Shown piece by piece: positions 52,019 to 64,000 of a DNA stretch of 64,000 nt. How positions within the stretch are numbered: the stretch's first letter is position 1; each line of letters begins with the position of its first letter. The position numbers were made by a program, and so were the translations under genes. The stretch covers positions 43,097-107,096 of the forward strand of contig ADNK01003500.1 in the NCBI GenBank assembly GCA_000320545.1. The letters run 5' to 3'. This stretch comes from Bigelowiella natans CCMP2755 (Eukaryota > Protista > Cercozoa). The notes under the pieces were generated by a model. The model made no database searches, was not told the origin of the DNA, and was given only the letters and a program-made list of their open reading frames with translations.

Positions 52019-52331
52019 TCATCAATGGCATCTAATAACATGACCGAGCGTCGTGATGCAATTGGTCAACAACAGGCCGATGACATAATAGACATGGAGT
52101 AGTTTGAAGAATGTATGATGCTTGTCCGCATGTACACGAGCACATCACACCGTCTTTTATTTGTTCACGTACACATGCTAGCATGTCGACCAGCAACGTG
52201 TCGTATCGTGTATTACGCAGCACTAGAGCACGTCATTAATTCAATTGGCCACTACTACGTCCCTTGTTTGACTGCTGGTCATTTCTAGATTTAGTGCGTA
52301 TATGTGCCACATCAACCTCTTGCATACATGT

Positions 52332-52423
52332 GAGACGGATGCAATGAAGTGGTTAAATCTTTTCAACGGTCATCCTAATGTAGCTATGTGCAAAGCTAGA
52401 AAGCAGCGGCTACAGCGCTTATG
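52332..52423 (+). repeat. Dispersed intergenic repeat, copy B
   Basis: Aligns to 45140-45223. Confidence 0.85.
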
Positions 52424-52897
52424 TATGTTTCACGTACATTACGCATTAGATACAAATAGCGTCGTACGTAACGCAAATGAGCTGGCTGCTAATCAATGAT
52501 GTCATTATCATCGCTCTCTATCACCGCATATGCATGCAGATCGAGCGCACACAGATAGACAGTCGTCATGCACCTCATTTTATTTCATCATCATGCGCAC
52601 TTATTCTAGACTATACATTATTGCTTATTCGGTTTACAGCCGTACGACTCTGCGTGCACTGAACTATCTAGAACTAGTAAATGTAGCATAGCGTCTAGAT
52701 AATCGATTTTGTGATGTGGACGTTTGCATGCTGCGTCGCGGTCATGCTAGCATGACACTGCGCCGCACCTGCTTCACTGCAGCAACACGTTGCTTCGCAT
52801 CAAAGGTGAACTAAGTTAAAATCATATCTTCTTCACAATTGTACGTCATGTTTTGGACGTGTGTATCAGTGTAAATACATGCAAGCTCTCATGAACA

Positions 52898-53667
52898 CTA
52901 CTCTTTCGGAGCTGGCGGTGTTGTCATATCCATATCCTCTTCATTATCATTGTCTTCTTGCTCATTTTCTACTTCCTTGATGGATGGCAATGGGATGGAT
53001 CGAACTTGTGAAGTGGTTAATAACGCAGATGATGCTGCTGCTACCTCTGTCGTAGGAGTACTCTTAAACTTAAGTCGATTCTCTACCTGCATCTCCGCAT
53101 CCCTCCCATCCTCCTCATTGCTTTCTTTCTCTTCCGGGAGAGTTACCCTCTGGTTGTACTCAACTACACGTTGTGTCTCGTTTGCAATAATCTGAATTAT
53201 GTCAGTCCCATTGTGATCGGCAATAAGCTTCTTCCTGAACCACTCCACTTTCTCATTCATGGCTTCTAATGCGGATGATAAAACTTCGTTCGGCGTGACG
53301 TTCGTGTTCCTATATGTGTCGAGCTGAGCTCGCAGATTTTCCAGGGCCTTCTCCAGGTTGGCCCCTCCTCTATTTCGTGCGTTTGCTTCTCCTGCTGCTA
53401 TTTGAAAGCGTTGCCCTCGATTACTACGCATCAGTTGCTGTCGTCTACGTCGTCTGCTATAAATGGAAGTGGGGATATACTGACGAGGAGGAAGATCGTC
53501 GCGGTAGTAGTAAGAACGAGGAAGGGGTCTCCGCCGACGGTAGTGAGACCCATAGTCATCAGATCTTCGAGATGAGTAATATCCTTTTCTTACATATCGT
53601 CGCTCACGGCTTTCCATTCTCCGTGGATTGTCGTAGTACTGCCAGCGATCGCCATGGTCATCTCCCT
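52898..53667 (-). CDS. Hypothetical protein, terminal exon (R/Y-rich, then coiled coil, then acidic tail); upstream exons probably extend to about 54400
   Basis: Clean 239-aa ORF, extended upstream to an AG acceptor (GDDHGDRWQYYDNPRRMESR...). No family recognised. Confidence 0.55.
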
Positions 53668-55448
53668 GAAAGATATTTGAAACAACGCATTTTCTCGGTC
53701 AGGCTTCTGCAGGTTAGGAACGCTGGGAAAGTTACCGCACAAAATATTAAACACGTCGATATGCATAGTGGAGAGATAATCAACAGTAGTGTAAGCACTG
53801 AATAAGGGGTAAAAATGCTTCTTACTTCCAATACTAAGTAAGTAATACCCTGAAATCATACGTTGATCCGATTCGATTCTCAGTGAGATTTTTATTAGCA
53901 GGATATTCGTTGTGGCTAACGAAAAGCAATGCAGCGATCATAGAGACGAAAACAATGTTTTTGAGAAGGCAACAAGGATGATTCATCCTCGTGTTCGCTC
54001 CAGTGCCGCTCGTCTTCACCGAGAGCACCATCCCAGTCATCACCGGTACCGTAAGAAGTCTTGATTCTGTTAAAATTCAACGATGGGCCACCGAGGGCGA
54101 AGGGGGGAATTCTCCTAATGAATTCTGCGAAACGATACCCTGATATAGGGAAATAGAATGAGTTGTCTACACGAAGACATGAACGAAGGGCATGCAGTAA
54201 TCCACCTCTTCCTACCCCTCGCCGACCTTCACAACTTGCAGGCACGCATCAGGAGCGCCAGAGGGAAGAGGAACAATACGGCAATTATGGATTCCTTTTG
54301 GTGGATCGCTAGCTATCGCCGCCGCCACCACCACCGCTGCTGCTGGGGCGTTCAGCAGTTGTAATTATTCACACTGGCGAGAGGAGAGGATCTTCGTCGG
54401 CCCCATTGGTCCGTTGCTATTACTACTAGTTTCAGTTTCATCTCAGAAACTCCAAAAAGTATCGAGGAGGAGGAGGAGGAGGGCAGTTGTTTGCATGTTC
54501 CTCCGATGCTTTTCTGCCCTGCTTCGATTGCTCCTTGACATTAAGTAAAAAACAAGAATTAAGAGACATTGGGATGTCGCATTGCATGAAAGAAGGGCAA
54601 TTCATCTCGATTGTCGGCAACGTTCGACAAAGGGAGAGGTGGTGGGATGGATGGACACTTGTTCAATGAGCGATGCGTCGATTGAGACGCAAGCTATAAA
54701 GCTGGAGAGGACTCTAAGGCGAGCAGCCTGACGGCGTTCCTGGATGAATGCAATCTTGCTTCTCAGAAGAAGGCAATGCTGGCGTGTTTGATGCACACAT
54801 GCATTTGCCTTTTGCTCCACGACTCGCATGTGTGCTGTGCGGATCAGATTTGCATTTTCCCAGGCCATGATGGAGGTTTTTGCTGACAAGTATGCACTAG
54901 AACGACTTGTGACTATTTCACAGAAGGTTCTTGTATTATCTATCAGTGCTACTAATATATAATGTTATTCATTTGTGTGTGTGTCACACACCAGAGCTAG
55001 AGCGGTGCTTGTGCTCAATTGTCAACACGCACCACAACAGACACTGGCTCACAAATGCGATGTGCAAAACAACGTGCAGCAAACAGTACGTTGCTGACAA
55101 TGCCTGCCATGCAATGCCACCTGCAAATGTGATGATGACTACGTAGCTGATGAGACGCTCGTGCTTGCGTGCGAACAGAGCTGTGACAAACTGTTCTAGT
55201 GTTCATCAAATTGGAGAGAATTCTACCATCTAGGGCGTGCATCATGCTGCATCCCATGCTATAGCATGTGCATGCTCATCTAGTCATTCCAATCTGCTAA
55301 AAGATCTCTCATCTAGCTCTTGTGACATTCATCATCACCACGCATTGTTTGCATGCATGCAGCCACGGTAGCACGCACGACTATGTCATGTCACATGCGA
55401 CAAAAAGATGGATAAACGTGCAATCAATATGATGATCCCAGGTGATAT

Positions 55449-57828
55449 TCATCTCTTCTTATTCAACTCGTACTGCTTCTGCAGCTTGACGTAGTGCTGT
55501 AGTTCTTCGTGAGATAATGATGGATTCAGCTTACTCCTAGCAACTTCGAAATCTTCCATGTTCACAGTAACCTGCAACTCCTTCGCTGGCATCTGATCTA
55601 GCACCAATCGAGGAGAGATTTCATCGGATCTCGCCTGCTTCTTCCTCTCGGCAACGATCCTGTCCACGTCTCCTATTTTCCTCTTCAATGCGTGCAGCAT
55701 CGCATCGGAGCACAACGCGTAGAAATCCGCCCCGGTGAAGTTGAATGAGCACTTCTCGACCACCCTCCTCAGATCGACGTCGTCATCCAGCGTGAATTTG
55801 CGCGTGAGGGCTGTAACAATCTTCAGCTGCGCCTCCCTGGAATCGCTAACACCAAGGTATACTAACCGATCCAACCTCCCCGGCCGAGTCAAGGCGGTAT
55901 CAACAAGATCGGGCCGATTTGTAGCGCCGATTATGAACACATCCGTCCCGTCGCTCATTCCATCAAGCTCTGTTAGCAGCTGCGAAACAACCCTATCCAT
56001 CACGCCGCCTGAATCGGATCCCTGCCCGCGCTTCGGCGCGACGGAGTCCATCTCGTCGAAGAACAGCACGCACGGCTTCGCGTTTCGCGCGCGCTCGAAG
56101 ACATCCCGGACGTTCTTCTCGCTCTCCCCGATGTACATATTCAGCAGCTCGGGGCCCTTGACGCTGATGAAGTTGAGCGAGCACTCGGTGGCGACTGCCT
56201 TGGCGATCAGAGTCTTGCCGGTTCCTGGCGGACCGTACAGTAGGATCCCCGACCTCTTCTTCAGGCCCTTGCTGAAGAGCTCCGGGTGGCGCAGGGGGAG
56301 TTGTATCGTGTCTAGAATCTCCCTCTTCACGTTCTCCAAGCCGCCTACGTCCTTCCACTTGACGTTGGGGATCTTCGCCAACGCCGACCCGGAGGACGCG
56401 CGGCCCTGGTACTCTTTCAACGCCTCCTCCAGGTCATGGATGCTGGGAAGAAGATGAAGTTCTCCTCTCTCTTTTCCTTCTTTCTTCTTCTTCTTCTTCT
56501 TCTTTTCCTCCTTCTTACGGGAGGAGGAGGAGGAGGAGCCGTGTGCTGATGTCATCATTCCATTAGCAGCATGATAGTGACCATTCACATCCCTTCCCCC
56601 CGCCTTGATATCGCCCTCCTCATCTGCCTGGCTGACTGGATGACTCGATACTCCTCCTCCCCCTGCTGCTGCTGCTGCTTCTTCTGCTGCTTTCGCGCTG
56701 TTACCTTTGCCGGTAGATGTACTAGCACCGTCTCCTTCTTTGGAGGTGGGAGATGACGTAGTAGCTGCAGTGGTGAGCAGTCTCCGCCGTGTTCGAATGG
56801 CGTTTGCTAGGCCTACAATGTGACGTATTTCGCCAGCGCTTATTCCTGCCGTCTTAGCTGCCATTGCCTCGGCTATTTCTACGAGACGCCTCCTTGACTG
56901 TTTACTACTACTATTACTACTGCTGCTGCTGCTATCGCCTCCCCTACCACCCCTACCACCACCATCACCATCACTGTCATTAACATCATGATCTCCGCTA
57001 AATGCGAGTTCCCTCAAGCATCTTGCGAACATCTCCGCCCGGATCTTGGTGTCAGGGGGGGAGATCTTGACCTTTGAAGGGATAGAGATGGAAGAGAAGG
57101 ACATTCTTACGAATGAATTGTTGGGAGTATTATCACGGAGACGACGATGACGACTACTACTATCATGATGATGATCACATGGTGCGCGCGTAAGGGGGGG
57201 GGGGGCAGTGCTGCTTCTCGAAAGATATATTCCATCATGACTTCCACAGGGACCCTCCTCTTCCTCCTCCTCCTCCTCCTCCTCATTTATAAACAAGTCA
57301 ATGCAGCAACAACACCCACGGCGAAGCAAGAGAGTAACTTTATAGATCTGTACTACCTGGTGCGTGAAGATACTCTGCAGCTTTATCGGTAGCTCTTTCT
57401 CATTCTCGCAGCTTGCAACTAGTAGCACAGGGTGAAAGGGAGGGGGGGTAGGAGCGGACGTGCCACTAGCGCCTACCGCTGCCATCGCCGCAGCTTCGTT
57501 GAATCGTAACAATTGATTCGTGAGATCATTCACTAATATAGCTAACAACTGGCTCTCGCTTTGCTGATGAGCGCTTGCGTGTTCAGCGACGGCATTGATC
57601 CGCCGTATGTGTAAGATTGCTGGTTTGCATTTGACGGCTTCTCGGATGGAAGATACCAGGTTCCGCGCTGTCTGCCTCTCGGATGCGGCCAGCACGTTGA
57701 ACATGTTACACTCGACAAGGTGAAGTCCAAGGTGCCGTGCCGTCATTGATATTAAGACCTAACCACAGTCGTTACCAAAATATACCGTAATGCACTCACG
57801 CACACGCACACTCACACGTTCATGCCAT

Positions 57829-57866
<38 letters not shown>

Positions 57867-59264
57867 CACCACGCATCATTGACCATCACGATTAGGAGAG
57901 AAGAAGAAGAAGAAAGCACACACCTGCTTGAGGGAGTGTCGGCTACCAGTGACGAGGAACCGACCCCGCAGCAAGTGCGCTCTGCTCGAAGCGGCCGAGT
58001 GCAGGAAGGGGATCATCAGGCGGACCAGGGTCTTGTGATACGGCGCGATAGGGGGGGGGATGGTGGGGAGTAGGGGCGATTTGTGCAGATAATATTCCAC
58101 ATCGAAAGGGACTCTCGAGTGCGCGACACCCTCCTGTACCATCGTCGTTGAGTTGGGATCTACGTGAAAGTAGCTCAGGCGCCTCGGGACGACTTTGGTG
58201 ATCTTGAAGAACACCAGGGGGACCCGGGGCGCACCAGCAGCGCAGTACTGCGCGCCTGAAAGGGAATCATCGTCAAGTTCGGAAAACCTACTCTCCTCCC
58301 CCTCCAGCAAAAGCGAGTCTATGCCGTCCTCATCATCGACGTCCGTCTCTGGTGAGAACATCCAGCTCTCGGGGTCACAGTAGGCCGAGCAATGAGTCGG
58401 CACTCCGAACACCTGCCCCTCTCTCATTATCCTTGCCTTGGTGCTAAAGAAGAGCTGGAGCGTTTGGGAGTACGATTTATAGCCGCTCGAGGCCGGTGAG
58501 GCGACTCGAGCAAGTTGCACTGTGTGTGCGCTGGCAACTTGAGGCGAACGTGCTGCTGCTGATGATGATGCGGAGGATGTGCCGCCTCTGCCTCTCCTCG
58601 CTCTTCCTCTCGGTAACGGAGGGGGGAGCGGTATCCATCGGCGAATACACACACAGGAGGATATCCTCAATCTACTCGTCAGGGTCTTGACCGAGTTTAT
58701 TCCCAGATTGAAACATATGGAGGGTGGTACGTAGAGAACCCCGTCTCGCAATGGGGGTGATGACGATGATGACGACGATGACGACGATGACGACGCTGAC
58801 AACTGCTTCGATTCTAAGGGACTGGGAGAGCTGGTCGTCGCGTAGAAATCGTTTTCCTCGATTTGATCCGAGGCATACAAGCGAGCGATGCATGTGGTTC
58901 CCAGCTTCACCGCTCGGAGCTCCACCCAGCTTCCGTGGACCACGTGCATGTCCCGCAGGGTCTGCGCTGTCGCAATTGCCTCACTCGTGACCTCTCGTTG
59001 GCTGGGGGCAACGGTCCTCAGAAGAATCGGCTTCGTGATGCGCTCTAAGTGCAGCACGCGAGACCATTTCGGGCGAAGAGTCGAGCGCGTGGCGCCCTGC
59101 TGCGACGTGCGTTTATCACGGTCATCCTCTTCATCGGTGGTGTCCGGATCTCCGTCTCCTGTCTCTCGGTCGCTACATCCGTTTGTTCCTCCCCTTCCAT
59201 TACCTCCAGGTCTCTGCTTGAGGATGAAGCTAGAGGCTAGGAGCGGCGAGCGTTTGGTGGCCAT
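55449..59264 (-). CDS. PEX6: Peroxisome biogenesis AAA+ ATPase PEX6
   Basis: D2 domain: IPNVKWKDVGGL...DTIQLPLRHPELF..GLKKRSGILLYGPPGTGKTLIAKAVATECSLNFISVKGPELLNMYIGESE, FFDEMDS, GDSGGVMDRVVSQLL-like, NFTGADFYALCSDA. D1 is degenerate. N-domain VQLARVASP. Introns at about 57759-57923 and 57072-57356. Start inferred at MATKRSP. Confidence 0.93.
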
Positions 59265-59541
59265 TGGCTTCCTGCGATGGGTGGTGGGATGATGGGGTGG
59301 TAGTGGAGAATGATTTAGAAGTTGATCGAACACGTACAAACACGAATTCCTGTCATCACCTTGACGGAAAGTATTACGAAGATGTTCACGTCTTTGTATT
59401 GTGCATAGAATGTTGTAATAATGAGTGCTGCTGTTGGAATGTTCTTCGAAACGATACGGACATCCATGCTGACTTCTTCAGCGAAATTGGCGAAATGATT
59501 TTCCCGCGTTCCATTTCCATCATCTCTTCTTCCTCCCCCTG

Positions 59542-59582
<41 letters not shown>

Positions 59583-59945
59583 AAATCTCCCTCGCTCACC
59601 CCCGTAACTCTCACCTTCGCCAGCTGTATTCCCGCAGGATAAACCACAGTCAATCAGATAACTAATCAGCCCCAGAATCAGTTGTCAGCTTGTGGTAGCA
59701 GCCAGCTGTGCAATCGGCGGTGCGAGACGGGGGGGCAAGCAGCTTAAGGCCTCCGTGTTTGAACCTCGAAGAGAAAAGGCGAAACGCGTTGCGTTTTCGT
59801 CTGTATTTTGTCTTAATATTTGTTGTCGCACATGGAAAACCTAAGCCTTTTTACTTACTGTGGTGATAAATAACATAACCCCAAAAAAGGACAGGTGTGC
59901 CCCCTTCCTAGATAGATACAGCACTTCTTCTGCACATCGCACCGC

Positions 59946-61330
59946 ATGGCTCGGAGCAACAGGATTCCAACGTGGCTGGCGCTCCTCTGCGGTGGCATTG
60001 TGTCTGGATTTCTCCCTTCAAACGTAAGGAGTGGCTGCGATCGATTCTCTCCTCTAAGAAAAGAGAAAGGCCGAGTGAGATGTTGTGTGTGTGTGATAGG
60101 CCGGTTCAACGTCTTCACGAGGATGTGCCCAGGAGAAACAGAAATACGGCATCGTGTGCCGATGCAATGCAACATATTGCGACACGGTTGCTCCAATCGG
60201 AGGCTTGAAGGAGGGCGAGGTTGCTGTGTACTCCTCCAACAAAGACGGGGATCGGTTGGTTCGCAGCACCGTCTACAGCAACGCCTCGCATGCTACTTTC
60301 GATGCATCCCGAGGGGGGGAGAACCTTGTGGATGTTGATGAAAAATCACAATTCCAGCGAATCATTGGGTATGTACATCGTTCTTGAAGTAATCCTTCCA
60401 ATATTTCTCAACAATGTTAAAGCGAGCGAGTGAGAAAGAGAGAGAGAGAGATAGATAGAGAGAGAGAGAGAGAAGACAAAGCAACCAACAGATGCTTTAA
60501 TACAATTCCACAGATTCGGAGGAGCATTTACGGACGCTGCTGCTGGCGTAATATTCGGCATGAATAGCTCCGCCGCTCGGCAGAATCTGATCGCGTCTTA
60601 CTTCTCCGATGAAGGGCTGCGGTACTCGCTTGGACGCGTGCACATCGGAAGCTGTGACTTTTCACGGGTCTCTTACAGTTTGAACCCAGTGGATGGCGAC
60701 ACATCCATGGCTATGTTTCAGCTCAGGGATGATCGTCGTCCCACGAACCAGGGAGGGGAGGGCGCCCCATTGTTATCCTCTAACGACAAGGGCGATGATC
60801 AATCCAGCAGCTTGAGTGCTGCCGACGACTACAAGATAGACCTTATCCGCCTCGCGCAAAAGGAGGTATCGAAGGGGCGAAATCTATCGATCTTCGCTTC
60901 CATTTGGTCCGCACCCTTATGGATGAAGACATGTGAATCCCCCCCAAATAGTCACCATGGCAATGCGTGTAAATCGCCTTCGATAACCAAGGGGGCTCTC
61001 AGCGCCAACTCCACCATCAGAGCTGCCTATGCTCTGTACTTGAGAAAGTTCATCGACGCTTATACAGAAGCAGAAATACCGATCTGGGGTGGGTGGAAAC
61101 TACACGAATGCCTTGTTCTTCCTCTTCTTCTTCTTCTTCCTCTTTCTATCATGATGTTCTACTAAGGATGGTATCTCTAAATAAGGTGTGACGACGCAAA
61201 ACGAGCCTTCCGGAAATCCAATGGGGAACGGCTGGGAGAGCATGTATTTCACTCCGAGCGACATGGCCGACTTCATCGACTCGCATCTGGGTCCAGAATT
61301 AAAAGGTATATACGTTTATAAATAATTTGT

Positions 61331-61419
<89 letters not shown>

Positions 61420-62523
61420 TGTATATATTTGAACACACATACACTTAACTATATACTACATGTATTGGTGTATGCACCCCAAAGCAGTGTGAGGAAGATA
61501 TTTCTTGGAAGGCCAAAACCTATAAGCGGGATAGAGAAGGGGAGGGGAGGGGGGGGGGGGGGAGGGGGGTTCGATTAGGATACACGTGCAGATTTCACGA
61601 ACCATTCAACCGACTACACAGGCAAGTACCCTGAAATAAAGATCATGAATGGAGACGATCAGCTTCCTCACATCATGGGTACTACTACTACTACTACTAC
61701 TACTACTGTGCATCGCTCGTGGAATAGATCTCTGCTTCTTGTCGTCTTAAGACTGCTCACGATGATGACGATGATGATGATGATGATGATGGCACCTTGT
61801 TATGTTTCTAACACAGCCCACGCGGAGCTCGCATCTAAGAGCAGGTACATCGACGGCGTCGCATATCACTGGTACGCCTCCCTAGCGGCAGAGCTTGAGG
61901 ACACAAAGCCCCTCTTCAGTTCCGTGGGAGGGGGTATCGAGGTGCGAGGGGCCAGTCAACGATATCAGCTCGATAATCAAGGTGGCAGAGGGTTCCTCCT
62001 AGCTACTGAGGCCTGCAATGGCTACCTACCGACGTTGCTGCCTGGCGAGTCGCATGTAATGCCTGGTTCTTGGAAAAGAGGCTATCGATACGCGCGGGAT
62101 ATTCTTCACCAGATCAACAACAACGCGAGCGGATGGAGCGACTGGAATCTCGCTCTCGATTCGCAGGGAGGGCCGAACCACGCGAAGAATTTCGTTGATT
62201 CGCCGATCATCGTCGATGCTCCGGAGCAGGGTGCCTTCTTCAAGCAGCCCATGTTCTACGCAATCGGCCACTTCGCCGCCTTCGTTCCAGAGGGATCGGT
62301 GCGCTTGTCAATCAACGGCCTCGTAGACTCAAAAGTTGGCGAGGATAGCATCGAGGCCACTGCCTTTCTCACACCCGAAGGCCACGTTGTGGTGGTCGCC
62401 ATTAATGACCGGCTGCACGTGACCAAAAGGCTGCGGGAATGCAGCATCGTGGTGAGGAGTCGAGGCAGAGAGGTTCGCTTAAGCATGAAAGAAAACGAGA
62501 TCAAGACTATCATATTCAAGTGA
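59946..62523 (+). CDS. GBA: Glucosylceramidase (glycoside hydrolase family 30, GBA-like), multi-exon
   Basis: Signal peptide; VCRCNATYCD; FQRIIG|FGGAFTDAA; GRVHIGSCDFS; SIWSAPLWMKT; acid/base QNEP; AYHWY; nucleophile ATEAC; GWSDWNLALD..GGPN..KNFVDSPI; KQPMFYAIGHF. Confidence 0.93.
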
Positions 62524-63279
62524 GTCATCATCGCATAGAATAATCACACGACCCACCATCATCACGCAAAGATAGCAAGGTAAGGAACCTCGCACGCAAT
62601 GAGCAAGATGCAACGGACATCGCTGCAGTATGCCAATTAGGCTTTCGATTGTCCCCCGTGCCATCTACCCATGCTAGCTAGCATGTGTGCGTGCAGCAAT
62701 GTCGCGTTTCACAGCATGTGTTTTCTCGCATTTGTGAGGGACAGATGTGCGTGCTGATCGGTCCACAGCATCCCTCAAAACCACCGCCATGCAATAAACA
62801 TGCATGCAATTTAGTGCTGTATTATGCCAATGAAAAGGTTCCACATGCAATCGCACACGCTGCTATATAGCTAGTAGCTCTAGAGCTAGCTAGCACGTAT
62901 AGCAGCATCGCTAGATCGCCAGGTCGATCGTAGCTAGCTGCTGCACTCATCTGTAGCGTACATGTAAGCAGCTGCTACTCTGCATGCAAGGCAGATCAGC
63001 ATCGCATGCACTGCTTGTGAATGATACCATCATCGCATGGGAGCTGCGAATCCGAATGACTACTGTGTCAGGGTGACATGTGTGACAGCTACACGCAATA
63101 TGAGTAACAATGTGACTTGGCACAGCAAGCGAGTATAACAACATATACGATGCATTCAAGCAGTACTTGTACTGACATCTTAGTCACTACAGCAGCTTCA
63201 TCATCATCTACTAGACCTAGTCATAATCATCATGCGATGTTTTGAGATTGCATTCCCGGCGAAACATTGATCTCCGATT

Positions 63280-63771
63280 TCAGCTCTGGGTAGAAGATGT
63301 ATTTTTGCCGGGGGAGGGGGGGTGGACATTAGATGTGACGTCTGTACTTAGTAACGTGCCAAATGCATGCATACACAAACTCTCTTTCGATAGCGACCTG
63401 TGTTGACGTTGCTGCTGCTGTTTATATTGCCCATGCTTAGAGCTCCCTTGATATTCATAGACGACGCCGAGGGGTCGTCCATCATGTATGCGCTCGGTTC
63501 GGCGCCTTCGGCATTGTATTTCTGAGTGGTGGTGATAATGATGATGATGAGGAGGAGGAGGAAATGCAGCAGCAGCCAGATATAGGGGGTGGGAGGGATT
63601 CACAGATGCGACGGATGATGATAATGATGATAATGTCTATTGTCTCCACGTGTGAGTAGTGTGGTGCGTTGTTTATGATCGCCCTACAAATGCATCCTCA
63701 TATTCGTATTCTAGTCTCGAGTCGCTAGCCCGGACGTCGTCGTCATCAGCTGGACGTGGCATCACACAACG

Positions 63772-63807
<36 letters not shown>

Positions 63808-63946
63808 CATCGTGATGATAAGCATTATGATCAACAGCCGCAAGATATCGATACGGCTTGAGTGTAAAATTATATGCATACGTGTGAGCGCAGAGTCGCG
63901 CGCTATAAGATGTACAATAATCGCCCATCCTTTCTGCTGCTCCTAG

Positions 63947-63977
<31 letters not shown>

Positions 63978-64000
63978 ATGTCATCATGGGATGGCCATCC
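63280..64000 (-). CDS. Possible 3' exons of an unidentified gene continuing beyond the window
   Basis: Exon-like, non-repetitive blocks alternate with microsatellite-filled introns (e.g. KYNAEGAEPSAYMMDDPSASSMNIKG...; ...SPGKNTSSTQS*). No family recognised. Confidence 0.3.

Noticed and set aside
55735-56457. 240-aa plus-strand ORF
   Set aside because: It is the antisense shadow of the GC-rich PEX6 D2 exon and has no independent protein features.
153-63946. Numerous 60-200 aa ORFs with poly-M/H/S/I/ER/CV tracts
   Set aside because: They are translations of intronic microsatellites, not genes.

Overview
Eukaryotic nuclear DNA: gene-dense and intron-rich, with GT-AG introns packed with microsatellites. 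The style and the long signal-peptide-plus-leader N-termini suggest a secondary-plastid protist such as a chlorarachniophyte; this is an inference, not proven. Most entries in the ORF track are microsatellite artefacts. Reading exons by hand gives about 14 genes: a flavin amine oxidase (partial), a HOOK-family protein, INTS1, a hypothetical gene, MCM9, NDUFS4, a bZIP factor, a WW/EF-hand protein, PAF1, DBR1, a second hypothetical gene, PEX6, a GH30 glucosylceramidase and a doubtful partial gene. Three signals stand out. (1) The bZIP mRNA carries a complete IRE1-type twin-hairpin 20-nt unconventional intron that would switch a hydrophobic tail for an acidic one, so it looks like an XBP1/HAC1/bZIP60 counterpart. 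(2) Intergenic islands downstream of genes have almost no TpA except inside CTAG (940 bp with no other TA), which suggests a sequence-specific mutational process opposite in direction to RIP. (3) The DBR1 has a signal-peptide leader, making it a candidate nucleomorph or periplastid enzyme. Exon boundaries were traced manually and are approximate.
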